Positions 15,301 to 28,281 are shown, numbered from the stretch's first letter. The stretch: DNA of 64,000 nucleotides from Azolla caroliniana (GCA_043228905.1 JBHGNT010000005.1:16554001-16618000), one strand, 5' to 3'. Numbers and translations: made by a program. The notes: generated by a model from the sequence alone, not told the origin.

Positions 15301-18300
15301 ACCGGGCCCTTTGTGGGGTAATGAGTGCAATTTGCGGAAATGTGTATGGATCTGTTGTCGGTTCTTATCAGCAAACAACGCAAACAGAAAATAGAATAGG
15401 CGTGGACTTACACAGTGCAAGTTCTAATGGAAAGCTTTATTTCTTCCTTCTCACACTCTCTTTGAGATACAATACACAAACACTTTGTCTCTCTATCACT
15501 CATCACGCTATATAGTGTTAGGTATTTGCTTATATACTAAGCCCTAATTTATTGATGAGTTCACACTCGGACGGATACAACTTGGAAGGAGTCGGCCTTT
15601 TATGCCAACAAACTCCCCCGTAAAAGGACTACTCTTTCTTGCATTTACAAGTGTTTGGGGTTATCTCCCCCGTAAGCCTAGATTACAAAACTGATCTAAG
15701 TTTATATGTTGCAAGTCGGTCGGCATGCAGCCAAGTCAGCAGATATATAGGATGTGTTGTTATTGTTCCGATCAGATCTTACCTTCTGCTCCTTGTTCAA
15801 CTTTCTTTTGCTCGGTCGCTTGTCTTAGCCCCATTTTCGTCCTTAGTGTTCCGAAGCGTAGATCTGGGAGTGGTGTCGTCAGGCAATCAGCAATGTTCAC
15901 CTTGGTGTCGATCTTCCGGACTTTGAGTTTCTTTTCGTTTACGAGTTCCCGGATATGATTATATTGCACCTCAATGTGCTTTGTCTTCGCATGATAGAAG
16001 AGATTGTTGATGAGGTGTATTATGCTCTGTGAGTCGCAATAGATGGTCGACGTTGGTCGGTCATTTCGGCTTACAGTTCTGAAGTCGGCATTCAGTCGGC
16101 AATCAGTTGATAAGGAAGTTGGCAACTTGTTGGAGTTCGACAGTTTGTCGAGTCTCCGATTCGGCTCAGTGGGTCGGTCCTTCTACGACAATGTTGTCAT
16201 CTTCGAAGGATACCTTCTTACCAACTGTTTTCTATTGGTTCCACTGAGAGAAGATAGAATCTTCATTGAAGACCACGTCACTACTCCGGATCAGTTTCCA
16301 GTTCTCAGGGTCCCATAGCCTGTAGCCGAAGTCCCCATGAGTTCCATAACCAAGAAATATGCACTTCATTGCATGGGGTGCCAACTTCGTCCTTTTCTCC
16401 CTGGGGATGAACATGTAGGCTTCGCATCCGAATATACGAACCCTATCATAGGTCGGTTGTTTGCCTGACCATAGTGCTTGTGGCACTTTGAGCCTGATTG
16501 CTCTTGATGGTGCCAGATTTATCAAGTACACTATCGTCTACAATGCCTCGGCCCAGAATTCCAGCTTCAGTTCGGCTTGCTAGAACATTGCCGTCACCCT
16601 CTCCTGGATCATCCTGTTGACCCGTCCTGCCACTCCATTTTGCATGGGTGTGTAAGGAACAGTCTTTTGGTGTCGGATCCCTTTTACGGACAGGTACTGT
16701 TTGAAGGATCTGGAGGTGTACTCACCTCCGTTGTCAGATCGAAGTGTCTTCACTCTGTATCCCGACCGGTTCTCCACTTTAGATATCCATCGAGCGAAGA
16801 CCTCGAGCGCTTCATCTTTTGACTTGATGGACTATGCCCAAACTTTCCGTGTATAGTCATCTACCAATGTCATGAAGTATCGGGAGCCTCCTAGTGATTG
16901 CTTTGGCATGGGCCCACATATGTCTGTGTGCACAAGCTCTAGGGGTTGTCGTACCGTCTCGTAGTGGAGAGAGTGCGGACTTCGGGTTTGTTTCCCATAT
17001 CGACAATGCTCGCAGAATGTAGCCGACCTACATCAGGTGATCAAGTCCAGCTTGAGACATGTGGCCAAGTCGGCCATGCCATATGTTCGGGTCGGTTTTC
17101 TCGGTTATGTTCATGGTCCCTTCAGGGTTGATCGCCATTAATGGGTATAGATTATTATACTTGTGCCCACTACCGATTTTGAGGTTTCCTCGGCTGATCA
17201 CCCATGTCGACTCGTGTAGAGTCGTTCAATACCCATCTTCGGATAACATGCTGATGGAGACCAGACTCCTCTTTAGATCGGGTACATGCTGAACTCGGTT
17301 CACAGTAATTGTGTTGTCATTTGGCAATCTGATGGGAACCTCCCCGGTTCCAATTATCTTGCATTCCTGCCCATTTCCCAATCGGACTATGTCGTTGGTG
17401 TCAGTTGAATAGTTCGAGAACCATTCAATGTTGGGGGTCACGTGAAATGTGGCGCCAAAGTCTAGTAGCCACGTGTGTGCAACTTCTGCACTGTAGAGGA
17501 CTTCTTCGATCATTGAGTCCTCTAAGGAGAGGATTTCTCCTGATTGGGTGTCGGCAACGTTGATCTGGTTGCCGATTGAAGAGTGGTCCGAGTCGGAACG
17601 TCCCTGATTCCACTCGGATCGCCAACCACCCTCTTTTCTTTTTAATGACCAGCAATTGGAAACATTGTGGCCAGCTTTAAACAGTGTGTGCAGTACTTGC
17701 TTCATCAGCCCATTTTCGACTTCGACCGTTGTCGGTCTCTTGTTGTTTTCGATCGGCTGTAGCATCAACCGGTTCTGTCGGCTTGTTCTTTCGTTCGAAT
17801 CTGTCGATCGAGTGATGGGCTTCTGCCGACTCATCAATGGTTAATCCCATTCATTTTTGCCTGATGTCCTCTATGAGGGCAAGGGATTTCACTTCTTCTT
17901 CAAAGTTCATCCCTTGTGATGAGAGCTCAGACAACACCCGGTTGAAGGTGTTGATGTGGGAGGTTGTTGGATTGGTCTCTCTCATCTTCATGTTGAACAG
18001 TTGTTTGATCAAAATTAGTTTCGAAGATGAGGACTTCTTTTCATAAATGTCTTGTAGCTTCTCCCACAATGAGAACGTTGTCATCTCTTTCGCCATGCTA
18101 AAATAAACGTTTTCGGCCAGATGCATTTGAATGGTGGAGCGTGCAATTTCGTCCATTCATCACCACTCCTCCGTTGTCATTGAAGCAGGTTTTTCGTTGT
18201 GCCGAATGACTTCGACCTGTCTTTGAATGATGAGTACATTCTGCATCATCTCCTTCCACAAGGCAAAGTTTTTGTCGTCGAAGTTTCTGATTTCAACTCC

Positions 18301-20819
18301 TATTCCGGATGCTGAAGCCATATTCTGTTTGTGAACTTGAGATTTCTGACCTGGTCTTTTATTTCAGCTTTGTCTGTTGTCTGTTGCCGCCAAACAACAA
18401 AGATTCGCTCTAATACCAGTTGTGGGGTAACAAGTGCGATTTGCAGAAACGCGTATGGATCTGTTGTCGGTTCTGATTAGCAAACAACGCAGACAGAAAA
18501 TAGAATAGGTGTGGACTTACACAGTGCAAGCTCTAATGGAAAGCTTTATTTCTTCCTTCTCACACTCTCTTTGAGATATAATACACAGACATTTCGTCTC
18601 TCTCTCACTCATCACACTATACAATGTTAGGTATTCGCCTATATACTAAGCCCTAACTTATTGACAAGTTCACACTCGGATGGATACAACTTGGAAGGAG
18701 TCGGTCTTTTATGCCAACACCTTGACTATGTCAACTACACCGATGCAGCCCAACCAAGCACTTATGAAGAAGCTATGGCCGCAATGGACGCCGACACATG
18801 GTTACAAGACGTGAAATCTGAAATGGACTCGATTCACAAGAATCATACATGGGAGCTGGTTGAACTACCAATTGGAAGGAAGCTACTACCCTGCAAATGG
18901 GTTTTCCGATACAAATATGTATCCAACTTAGAAAACCCCAAGTACAAAGCTCGGCTCGTCGCGAAGGGATTCAAACAAGAATACGGGGTTGACTACGACG
19001 AGATATTCTCACTAGTAGTCAAGATGACCATCCTCTGACTCTTACTAGGATTTGTGGCAACAGAAGACCTAGAGCTAGAGCAGCTAGATGTAAAGATGAC
19101 ATTTCTACATGGAGATCTAGAAGAAGACATATATTTGTGTCAACCGGCAGGCTTCTCAGCGACGAGGGACGACAGTCACCTCGTATGTCAACTAACGAAA
19201 AGCCTATATGGCTTGAAACAAGCGCCGAGGATGTGGTACCAGAAGTTTGATTCCTACATCAGGCAACTTGGATACCACAGAACTGACTCCGACCCATGTA
19301 TGTATGTTCGGCAACTGGCCGACGAGTCAGGGATCTATCTGATCCTATATGTCGACGACATGTTGATTACAGGAAGCAATCAAGTAGAGATTGGAAAATT
19401 GAAGCGGAGCCTTCACGACAAGTTCGTGATGAAGGAACTCGGACAAGCCCGACACATACTGGGCATGAGGATCGAGCGAAATCGGATGACCAAGACTCTC
19501 CGACTCTCCTAGTCTGACTATATCCGAAAGGTGCTGAAGCACTTCAATATGGAGAATGTGAAGCCAGCATCAACACCGTTTCTGACGTCGATCCGACTAT
19601 CGGACAGAGACTCTCCTTCAACAGACAAGGAGTGAGAGCTTAATGGAAAGATGCCCTACGCATCAGCCGTAGGAAGTATCATGTACGCAATGGTGGTGGC
19701 CCGACCTGACCCAACCTATGCCGTAGGGGTGGTCAGTCGATACATGTCAAACCCAGGAAGGAAGCATTGGGAGGCCATCAAGCACATCTTCAAGTACTTG
19801 AGAGGGACCGAAGATACACAATTGACTTTCGGTTTGACAACCTCAACCGAAGTTGAAGGCTACACCGATTCCGACTATGCTGGAAATACAAATAATTGGA
19901 AATTGACATCATTGTCCATCTTCACATATGGTGGTGGTGCAATATCATGGAGGTCGAAACTTCAAGAGTGCACGGCTCTGTCTACCACAGAAGCCGAGTA
20001 CATAGCGGCATCAGAAGCAGCAAAGGAAGCGATCTGGTTGCATCGACTGTCTTCTGACTTCTCGGATACAAGAAGAAATGATCGGCTATCGCCAACCATC
20101 CATTGCGATTCACAGAGCACAATACACCTCATCAACAATCCCGTCTACCACGCAAAGATGAAGCACATTGAGGTGCGGTATCATCACCTCCAGGAGCTTG
20201 TAACCGAGAAGATGCTAGAAGTCTGAAAAATCGACACCGAGGTGAACATCGCTAATTGCCTGACGAAGCCACCCCTAGATCTACGCTTCGGAGCACTCAG
20301 GACGAAGATGGGACTGCGACAAGCGACCGAGCAAAAGAAAGCCAAACGAGGGACAATATGTAAGACCTAATCAGAACAACTATATCTACACTTACTATAC
20401 CTCTGCCGACTCGGCCACATGCCGACTGACTTGTAATGTAAATTTAGGATAATCTTGTAATCTAGATTTACAGGGGAGAATAACCCCAAACATTTGTATA
20501 CGCAAGAAAGAGTAGTCCTTTTACGGCGCAGTTTGTTGGCATAAAAGGCCGACTCCTTCCAACTTGTATCCGTCCGAGTGTGAACTCATCCACATAGTTA
20601 GGGCTTAGTATATAAGCAATAACCTAACGTTGTAAAGGCAAATGAAACACATTGTATCAAGTCTCTGAGTGAGTGAGAGAGAGAGAACGTAATAAAGCTT
20701 TCCATTAAGGCTCATTTCTGTGTAAGTCTCTGCCTTCCTCCCTTTCTGTGTTGTTTTCCGAGTCAGCAAACGGGTTCTCATACGCTTCCGCATACGCACA
20801 CACCTACCAACTTTCCACA
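12334..20819 (+). mobile_element. Ty1/copia element D, degenerate, full length
   Basis: LTRs 12334-12618 and 20534-20819 (TGTTGGC...TTCCACA). PBS TGGTATTAGAGC at 12621, TSD TACAC. Gag from 12721, integrase ~13900-14860, RT (YVDD) and RH 18720-20226. Confidence 0.95.
15312..18719 (-). mobile_element. Ty1/copia element E, D-related, internally deleted (no RT), nested antisense in D
   Basis: LTRs 15312-15610 and 18421-18719. PBS at ~18407-18418 and PPT at 15611-15625. Flanks share CCTT. After gag/PR/IN the coding jumps at ~16100 to the RNase H end (IYCDSQS...HAKTKHIEV). Confidence 0.92.
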
Positions 20820-21383
20820 TACACCTCCTCATCAGGTGCCACCATTTGGCTGCTGCAAACGTGATAACTGTTTGGATTGTCGTCATTTTTGCCACCGGAG
20901 CAAAGGTCTCTTCATAATCGACCCCGTGTGTCTATGCATACCTGTTCGCAATGAGCCTAGCCTTATACTGATTGATGGTGCCATCGACATTGTACTTCCC
21001 CTTGTATATCCACCAATAACCAATTTCCTTCTGGCGGGGTGAAGACGGGACAAAATCCCAAGTGTTGTTCTTGGCAAGGACTTGCATTTCTTCATTCATC
21101 ACTTCGACCCACAAACAGTCACCACCCTCATCATAAAAGCATAGTGGTATGATGAAAACATACATTTTGGCTTACAAGGATTCAAACCCACAACTTCTTG
21201 ATCTGTGTTAGACCTTTAACCATTATAATAACATATATGATATATAATATATAATTATAATAATTATATTATTAGTTATTACAAGATATTTAAAGTATTC
21301 GAGAACTTTCTAGAGTATTCTAGAACATTCTAGAATACTCCATAAGGACCTATAAATAAGTGTCTATTCATTCATCACAACTC

Positions 21384-21556
21384 ATTCGGTTCAATGCCAA
21401 TCTTCACCCCTTAGCCTACTCTTTGTAACCCTTGTTCACTTATAATATAAACTCCTTCCCGTTTCTCTCTCTCTCACTCACTCTCTCTACCCTCTATCAT
21501 CATCTTTTTTCTATTCTCTCTCTCTTGCTCTCATGTCACAACAATTTGAACCAAAT
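21384..21556 (+). promoter_or_regulatory. Self-priming pair of chromovirus F: LTR ATTCGGTTCAA (21384-21394) complementary to PBS-position TTGAACCAAAT (21546-21556)
   Basis: 10/11 complementarity. TATAAATA at 21351 lies ~30 nt upstream of the first motif. No tRNA-type TGG PBS follows the LTR. Confidence 0.75.
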
Positions 21557-22654
21557 CTCCTTTCTTCTTCTCCAACTTCTTCTTCTTATCTTTATTATTC
21601 AAGAAATCTAGCAAATTTCTCTCATAATTATGGAGACTGTCAACAAGCAAGAATATATGCGTGTATTGTCTGAGCTCGATATGCTAACAACTATGTTCAT
21701 GGCATTAGAGCAAGAAAGTCAAAGTCTACTCGGGGACCTACAACAAGTGTTGAGAAAGTACAACAATATGAAGAGTTATCTCAACGGGTGCATCAATTGG
21801 AGAGTACTCTACTACAATGACAAGCGATGGAAGTTCAAAACCCATCGAGTGAACCAAAGATTAGTCTTCCGGCCAAGTTTGACGGTACAAGGTCTTAGTT
21901 TCGTGGTTTTTTAAATTAGGTATGACTTGTGAATAAATTACATCCTAGTTGTTACCCAATTGATGTTGCTCATGTGGGAATGGTTGGTACCTTGTTAACC
22001 GGTACTACATTACCATGGTTTGCACCATTCTTGGAGAAGCACTAACCATTATTAGAAGATTTTGAAGGAATTCAAAGCTAGCTTTGGAGACACTACAAGT
22101 ATGAGGACAACAATATAAACAAAATTCGAAGATTACATCAAGGAGATTGTCCAACTTCCGCTTACGCTGCATATTTTTGCCTCCCAGCATGTGATATTCC
22201 GTGGGATGAGGCGGTGTTACCAATTAGGAACACGGTCTGCAATCAGTCCTTCAACCTAGACCTGCAAGTGATTGTGAAACGACGAATGGTGGCGTCTATG
22301 TGTAATGCATAGGGTAATGTTCCTCGTAACCTATCAACGTATAAGGGAGACGGCTACAACCGACTCCTTATCAATGGTCACACTCACGTTCTTACACACT
22401 CAGGTATTCCAGACACACAGTAGATTAGCCGTAGCTATACACAGACTTTCAGAGAAGATAGAATTCTATTATGATACGCTTCTTTACATTCCAAAATACA
22501 CGCTCCCTCTATCAGAGGTTTTCCGCCCTTTATATACGCAGGGTCTATTTAGCCGTTCACGCTTCCTGCGTGAACCGTTACATGCGTTATGATCTTATAT
22601 TATTTCTTATTCCTACTCTCTTGTCCGTCGGTTACTATTCTGGCGGACAACACC

Positions 22655-22671
22655 TGGCACGCCTGTGGGAC
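22655..22671 (+). promoter_or_regulatory. Second, inverted PBS-like motif of element G at the PPT position (TGGCACGCCTGTGGGAC)
   Basis: Lies 2 nt from the 3' LTR and is an inverted near-copy of the 37014-37031 PBS. No purine tract on the coding strand. Confidence 0.75.
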
Positions 22672-23014
22672 AGTGCCCTGGCACGTCAGACCCATCCCGT
22701 TAATCTTCTTCCAAAATGGCCCGGATGTTTGGCTCTACTATGGTGTCCGCGTTTGGAGACGACGTAGGGCCCGTAGGTGCATCGTGGTGTGGCTCCCCTG
22801 TTTGGTCGGAATGGTTTCTCCCGGTGTCGCAGTCGTTGTGTGTGGGCGGTCTGGGTACAGTGGGCTCTTCTTGAGCTAGTCGGTTGGGTTCTGCCGTCGT
22901 CATGCTTGTGGTCGGCCACGGCTCTGTCTCAATCGTTACTTCCTCCGTGGTGTCGGCCTTCTTTGTACGTTCCGGGGACTAGGGCTGTGATTCCACCTGG
23001 CCCGCACCGTTCTA

Positions 23015-23114
23015 NNNNNNNNNNNNNNNNNNNNNNNNNNNNNNNNNNNNNNNNNNNNNNNNNNNNNNNNNNNNNNNNNNNNNNNNNNNNNNNNNNNNNN
23101 NNNNNNNNNNNNNN
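23015..23114. other. Assembly gap (100 N) with duplicated contig overlap
   Basis: ~22565-23013 is repeated, apparently identically, at ~23116-23564. Confidence 0.95.
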
Positions 23115-23529
23115 ACCTGCGTGAACCGTTACATGCGTTATGATCTTATATTATTTCTTATTCCTACTCTCTTGTCCGTCGGTTACTATTCTGGCGGACA
23201 ACACCTGGCACGCCTGTGGGACAGTGCCCTGGCACGTCAGACCCATCCCGTTAATCTTCTTCCAAAATGGCCCGGATGTTTGGCTCTACTATGGTGTCCG
23301 CGTTTGGAGACGACGTAGGGCCCGTAGGTGCATCGTGGTGTGGCTCCCCTGTTTGGTCGGAATGGTTTCTCCCGGTGTCGCAGTCGTTGTGTGTGGGCGG
23401 TCTGGGTACAGTGGGCTCTTCTTGAGCTAGTCGGTTGGGTTCTGCCGTCGTCATGCTTGTGGTCGGCCACGGCTCTGTCTCAATCGTTACTTCCTCCGTG
23501 GTGTCGGCCTTCTTTGTACGTTCCGGGGA

Positions 23530-24747
23530 CTAGGGCTGTGATTCCACCTGGCCCGCACCGTTCTCCGTGTGGTCCGACGATAACGTGGGCTCCTGCGGAT
23601 GGAGCTCCTCTTGGGTAGCGATTTTGTTGTCTAGTACTGTGGGGGACTCCGCTCGCCGGTCCACGCTGTTCACCGTCGTTGTAATTTTTGGTGATCTGGC
23701 CTGAGGTTCCTCTTCTTCGGTCGTGCCCGGACTTGGCCTCGCGCTGGATTCCTCATTTGTTCGCATGTTGCCGGCTTGTGTGATCTGGTGAAATAGCTCC
23801 GCCTGGCTTTCACCAAAATCATCTAAGAGTTGCGCGAGTTCTTCGGAATGTTGGTCCGCTAGCGCACGATAGTCTTGCGCTAGGTCCTCGCGTACGGCCG
23901 CAATGCTCTCCTCATTTAGTTTATAGAAACCTCGGCCGACTTTTCGCCGGTTCTCCCAGTCCGCACGATATGCGTGCAATTCTGCTGCTTGGGTTGCCCA
24001 CACCATCCATCCTTTGTCCAACGCCGTTTTCAATTGCGCTTTGAACCTCTCCCGATTTGTTTGGAGAAGGATACGCACGTTGTTTGTGATGGCCTGGCAA
24101 TGGTTGTGTGCGTCCTCCATCGACTTCTGGAGGTTTGCAATTTCTTGCTGCCTAACCGCCGCCGCTTCTTCGTACGTGGTCTTTAGGCCCGCCCACAGCT
24201 GGGATTCCTTTGCATGTTGTTCTTCTAATTTCCCCATTTCATTGTTTAGGTGGATTTCGAGCTGATGCCTTCTTTCCTGTTCGACCACCAACTGCTCGTC
24301 GAACCATACCTTCTTTTTCTCTAATAAGGCCCGGAGTCCCGCGATTGCCGCCTCCGATTTCTTCGCTTCCTCCCGTAATTGGGCGTTTTCGTCTTTTGTC
24401 CGGATGTGCTGAGCTACCTCCGTAGCGAGTTTCTCTTCAAGGGTTTTTATTGCCCTCCGGCCGTTAGCCTGTATCTCCTTTTCTCTGTCTGAGGATTGGC
24501 GCAGTTCAGCTCGAAGGCGGTTAATTTCTGATTCCGCTAGTTGCACGACCCTTTTTGCTTTTGAGGCGATGGCAGTCTGAGCCTCAATTTCTTCCTTCAA
24601 AGCGTCGATGGCGTGGTTTGGTGGCGGAGTTGCATGTTGCGCCGTACTCGCGTTAGCTTCCAACTCCGCGATGCGTTTGTTGGCTTTTTGCAGCTCGGCT
24701 TGGGTCATTTTCACCTTCTTCCAGACATTCTTATTTTTAATGGCCAT
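23530..24747 (-). CDS. C-terminal coiled-coil part of the extra (3') ORF of element G
   Basis: 405-aa open frame rich in E/K/A/Q heptads, between integrase and the 3' LTR, on the gag-pol strand. Confidence 0.65.
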   Translation of the reverse strand: MAIKNKNVWKKVKMTQAELQKANKRIAELEANASTAQHATPPPNHAIDALKEEIEAQTAIASKAKRVVQLAESEINRLRAELRQSSDREKEIQANGRRAIKTLEEKLATEVAQHIRTKDENAQLREEAKKSEAAIAGLRALLEKKKVWFDEQLVVEQERRHQLEIHLNNEMGKLEEQHAKESQLWAGLKTTYEEAAAVRQQEIANLQKSMEDAHNHCQAITNNVRILLQTNRERFKAQLKTALDKGWMVWATQAAELHAYRADWENRRKVGRGFYKLNEESIAAVREDLAQDYRALADQHSEELAQLLDDFGESQAELFHQITQAGNMRTNEESSARPSPGTTEEEEPQARSPKITTTVNSVDRRAESPTVLDNKIATQEELHPQEPTLSSDHTENGAGQVESQP

Positions 24748-25469
24748 CTCCTTGGCGCCCGTGCTGACCTTTGCCAGTTCTCTATGGACTTTGACTAGGG
24801 CCGTGTTTAATGGGGTAGCTCCATCCCCACTCGGCGTACCCCGACGTTCCTTTGTCTACCGACCCTGGCTAGCCGGTCCTCATCGTCGCTCTCTGTCGTT
24901 TGTGTTAGGGCATGCTCGATCATCTGGCACTCCGCGTGCTCCTCGGCCATTCATTGGGAGGCTTTTATCGGTTGTGTTGCCAGGAATTCCATGAGCTCAA
25001 AAGAGGTTCCAAACTGTAAGAGGGTGCTGAACTCATGGGTCGTATCCTGGATATCTGGATATGCCAAAACCTCGCTTCCTGCTGTCGTGAAGATTTTCGG
25101 CAATAGTGTGAAAATCCCATAAAATGTACGAAATCGAGTATGAATCACGTAATACAATAATTGTGAAGATAACATTTTTAATATCTAAGTACAAAATGAT
25201 GGAGGTTTCGAATGCACTTTATTCCACGAGAAATGGACAACTAAATGTCAAGATATGAGGGTATAAAGTTTGTGAAAAGAAAAGAGAAAATTGTGAGATA
25301 TCCCACATAGGCACGACAAATACGGCTCTCATCATATATAAGGTGGAGCAAAAGATATTATCTTTGTGTCTATGTGTGGAGCATAGAGAGTTCAAGGTAA
25401 CTTGAACTAAGAGTGGAGGTGGCAAGCTACTTGTAAAAGGTTTTGGCCAACCAAAACCGGACCGGCGAT

Positions 25470-25920
25470 GGAGCCGGTGATCCGACGGCATCCAGCGGCG
25501 GCATCCGGCGACCGACAACATCCGGCGGCGGCACCGGTATCCGGCGTCGGCATCCGGCGACCGACCACATCCGGCGGCGGCACCGGTATCCAGCGGCGGC
25601 ATCCGGCGGCGGCACCAGTATCCGGTGTCGGCATCCGGCGACCGACCACATCCGGCGGCGGCACCGGTATCCAGCGACCGCAATCCGGCGGCGGCACCGG
25701 TATCCAGCGGCGGCATCCGGCGACCGACGGAATCCGGCGGCGGCACCGGTATGCGGTGACCGCAATCCGGCGGCGGAACCGGTATCCGGCGTCAACATCC
25801 GGCGACCGACGGCATCCGGTGGCGGCACCGGTATCCGACGACGGTATCCGGCGACCGACGGCATCCTGCGGCGGCACCGGTATCCAGCGACGGAATCCGG
25901 CGAACCGACGTCCGGCGACT
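25470..25920. repeat. GC-rich modular tandem array in U3 of the X LTR (CCGGCGGCGGCACCGGTATCC / GGCGACCGAC)
   Basis: Shuffled 10-21 bp modules. A partial copy lies at 31281-31415. Confidence 0.93.
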
Positions 25921-25965
25921 AAATAAAATAAATATATAAATATATATACATATTTACATATACAA

Positions 25966-26034
25966 GGAGGGCAAGTATGGATTCGAACCTTGCACCTCCA
26001 AGTTAGGAGTCAATTGGCTTACCATTAAGCCATG
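25966..26034 (-). promoter_or_regulatory. tRNA-like Pol III module (A box + B box) in the X LTR; copy at ~31461-31530
   Basis: Minus strand TGGCTTAATGG (A box)...CTCC-TAACTT-GGAG stem...GGTTCGAATCC (B box), then an AT-rich tail containing TTTT. Confidence 0.8.
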
Positions 26035-27702
26035 CTGTTTAGTTGAAATTATATTTCTATCATTGTACTTTTACATGTAAATTCTCATACATGAGAGCTA
26101 AAATGAGTGACATGGTTAGCATGCACCACATGTAATACTTAAGCGCCAAATGGCAAACATGCAATTTATGCATGTCTTGTACCCTCACATGCATCATATG
26201 CATGAGAGCATCTATAAAAGAGGGAAGGGGGAGGAGAAAAAACACGGTTTTTTTTGTATGAAAATTAAGAGGAAGAAATTCGTTATCAAATTGATCGTAT
26301 AATCTCAACTTCTCTCTTTCCCAATCTATCTTAAGTACTTTCTCACCAAAGCTTGTATCGACTCTAAATCCTTCTGGTCCAGAACCCCGGCGGTTCCGCC
26401 TCACAATCCGCGCGTAGTGACAGATCTTCACGACATAATTAAGTGGCTCCGTTTGTGGATCTACGGGTGAATTTCGGAAGAGGAGGAATGAAGAGATCTA
26501 TGGAGGATGCCGATGCGACTCATGTGGATGCGATGCACTATGCTGCGTCGGCCGGAATAAGAGTCGGGAAAGACAAGACTGAAGCTACTAGAGCGGGAGC
26601 AAAGTTTTGGACCTCCATTCTCGAATATGAGAAGAAGGGAAAGATCACATCGAACGAGGTAGAGCTTGCGGACCGAAGCGTGCAAAGCATAACCGGGTGG
26701 TCGGATCCAGTGGACGACAACACCATACTTGCTGAGGTGATGTGCGACAACCACGAGGTGTTCGTCGAAGAAAAGAGAAAGAGAATAGAAGAGCAAGGGC
26801 CATCAAAAAGACATGAAACAAGGAACGCGAAAAAGAAGGACGATGCGGAGACGAGTCGACCTTTACAAACGGAGGAACGAGAATCAAGCCGAAAAGGGGA
26901 GCCAAGCATACGAGTTGAAGAAACGGTTCGGCCCGTGAAGGTTGGTGTCGAAGACCCCGCTCGGAGGACAAGGACTATACCTACCTATAAGCTAAGGTCG
27001 GACATAGAGCAGACGACGGACCTAAAGAAGATTCTTGAAGAACGAGTTCTTGATAGTCACGTAACTTTGTCCTTGAGGGAATTGCTTGGCATTACGAAGA
27101 AGGAGTTCCATGACACGATCGTGGACCTTGTAAAGAGAAAAGACAACAATCGGACGAGGAAGAAGAGAAGCCGCAAAAAGCAAAAACGAATGCCATAACG
27201 ATGGCAAGAGACGAAATCGATGAAGATATGGTGGACAGCCACTACACTCGACCTCATTGGGCACGAGCGACAACGGAGACGCCGGTGAAGATCGGGGAGA
27301 AGAAAGAGACCGTGGTAGCCTTGATCGACCACGGCTCGGAGATCAACCTCATGTCAACCGACTTCTACAAAAAGGGAAGATGGCCAATCAATACAAACCA
27401 CGGATGGAAGATTCGCGCGGCAACAAAGTCTACGGAGGACTTGTACGGAGCTTGTCCCAATGTCAAAGTCACGATTGGGGATGTGGAGATGGATCAACAC
27501 TTCTTCGTACAAGAATCGGCGTCGCATCCTGTCATCCTAGGGCAACCTTATATCACATCATCTCAGATGGAGACCAAGATGTCGTGATGTGGCATGTCTA
27601 GTGCGAGAAAAAATCAAAAATTGAGGATCCACACACATTTCACGAATACTTGTAAAAATGAAAATAAATAAACCTAGGTCACAATGGCATTGAGTGCATG
27701 TA

Positions 27703-27772
27703 GAGGGTTGTAAGTAGGATTTGAACCTTGCACCTCTAAGATAAGAGGCAATTACCTTACCACTAAAGCTAC
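27703..27772 (-). promoter_or_regulatory. tRNA-like Pol III module in the Y LTR; copy at ~30702-30771
   Basis: Minus strand TAGCTTTAGTGG...CCTCT-TATCTT-AGAGG...GGTTCAAATCC. Confidence 0.75.
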
Positions 27773-28281
27773 TACTAAGTGCTTTAGATGTTCTATATTT
27801 CTTTCTCATATTCAGTATTCTGTAGGAAACAAACGAACAAAACCGTGTACACAAACCCACGGTTTTAAGCCCATAGTTTCCTGCATGTCACAAAGCAAAA
27901 CTGTGTGCACAAAAACCATGGCTCCAAGCCCATGGTTTTGTGCATGGACAAACCTATAAAACCCCTAGTACGGCTTGTGTATGGGGGGGGCTCAATATGA
28001 TATGACCATCATCATCACCATCAATAATATAAGCTTCTATTTCTTCTTCTTCGCATCTATCTTGTAATTATTTATCTACTTCTGAAAGTGTACAATCTTC
28101 AATCTTCTCAAGTGTAATAGGTCTTCCTCCAATCTTACATTCACATCGTCCTCTTCTCAATACCTTGACGGACATCCTCCTTGGTCCAAGACCCCAATGG
28201 TCCCGCTCAAGCGAAGCACGCTCGCACGCGCATCTTCGCGATTTTTTTTGGTGAACCCGACATGAAGAGCGGTAGGGGAGG

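Noticed and set aside
22565-23564. Apparent third LTR end and tandem duplication of G
   Set aside because: The same sequence lies on both sides of a 100-N gap, which points to an unmerged contig overlap.
25407-25926. Stop-free ORFs in many frames and a CRISPR-like look
   Set aside because: A GC-rich tandem array with no unique spacers and no cas genes. The ORFs result from base composition.
25966-26034. Functional tRNA genes in LTRs
   Set aside because: No proper 7-bp acceptor stem or 7-nt anticodon loop, so reported as tRNA-like modules instead.
26443-26452. tRNA-Glu-like PBS TGGCTCCGTT after the X LTR
   Set aside because: Sister copy Z shows TGGTGAACCCGA at this position, so this is more likely a deletion junction into gag.
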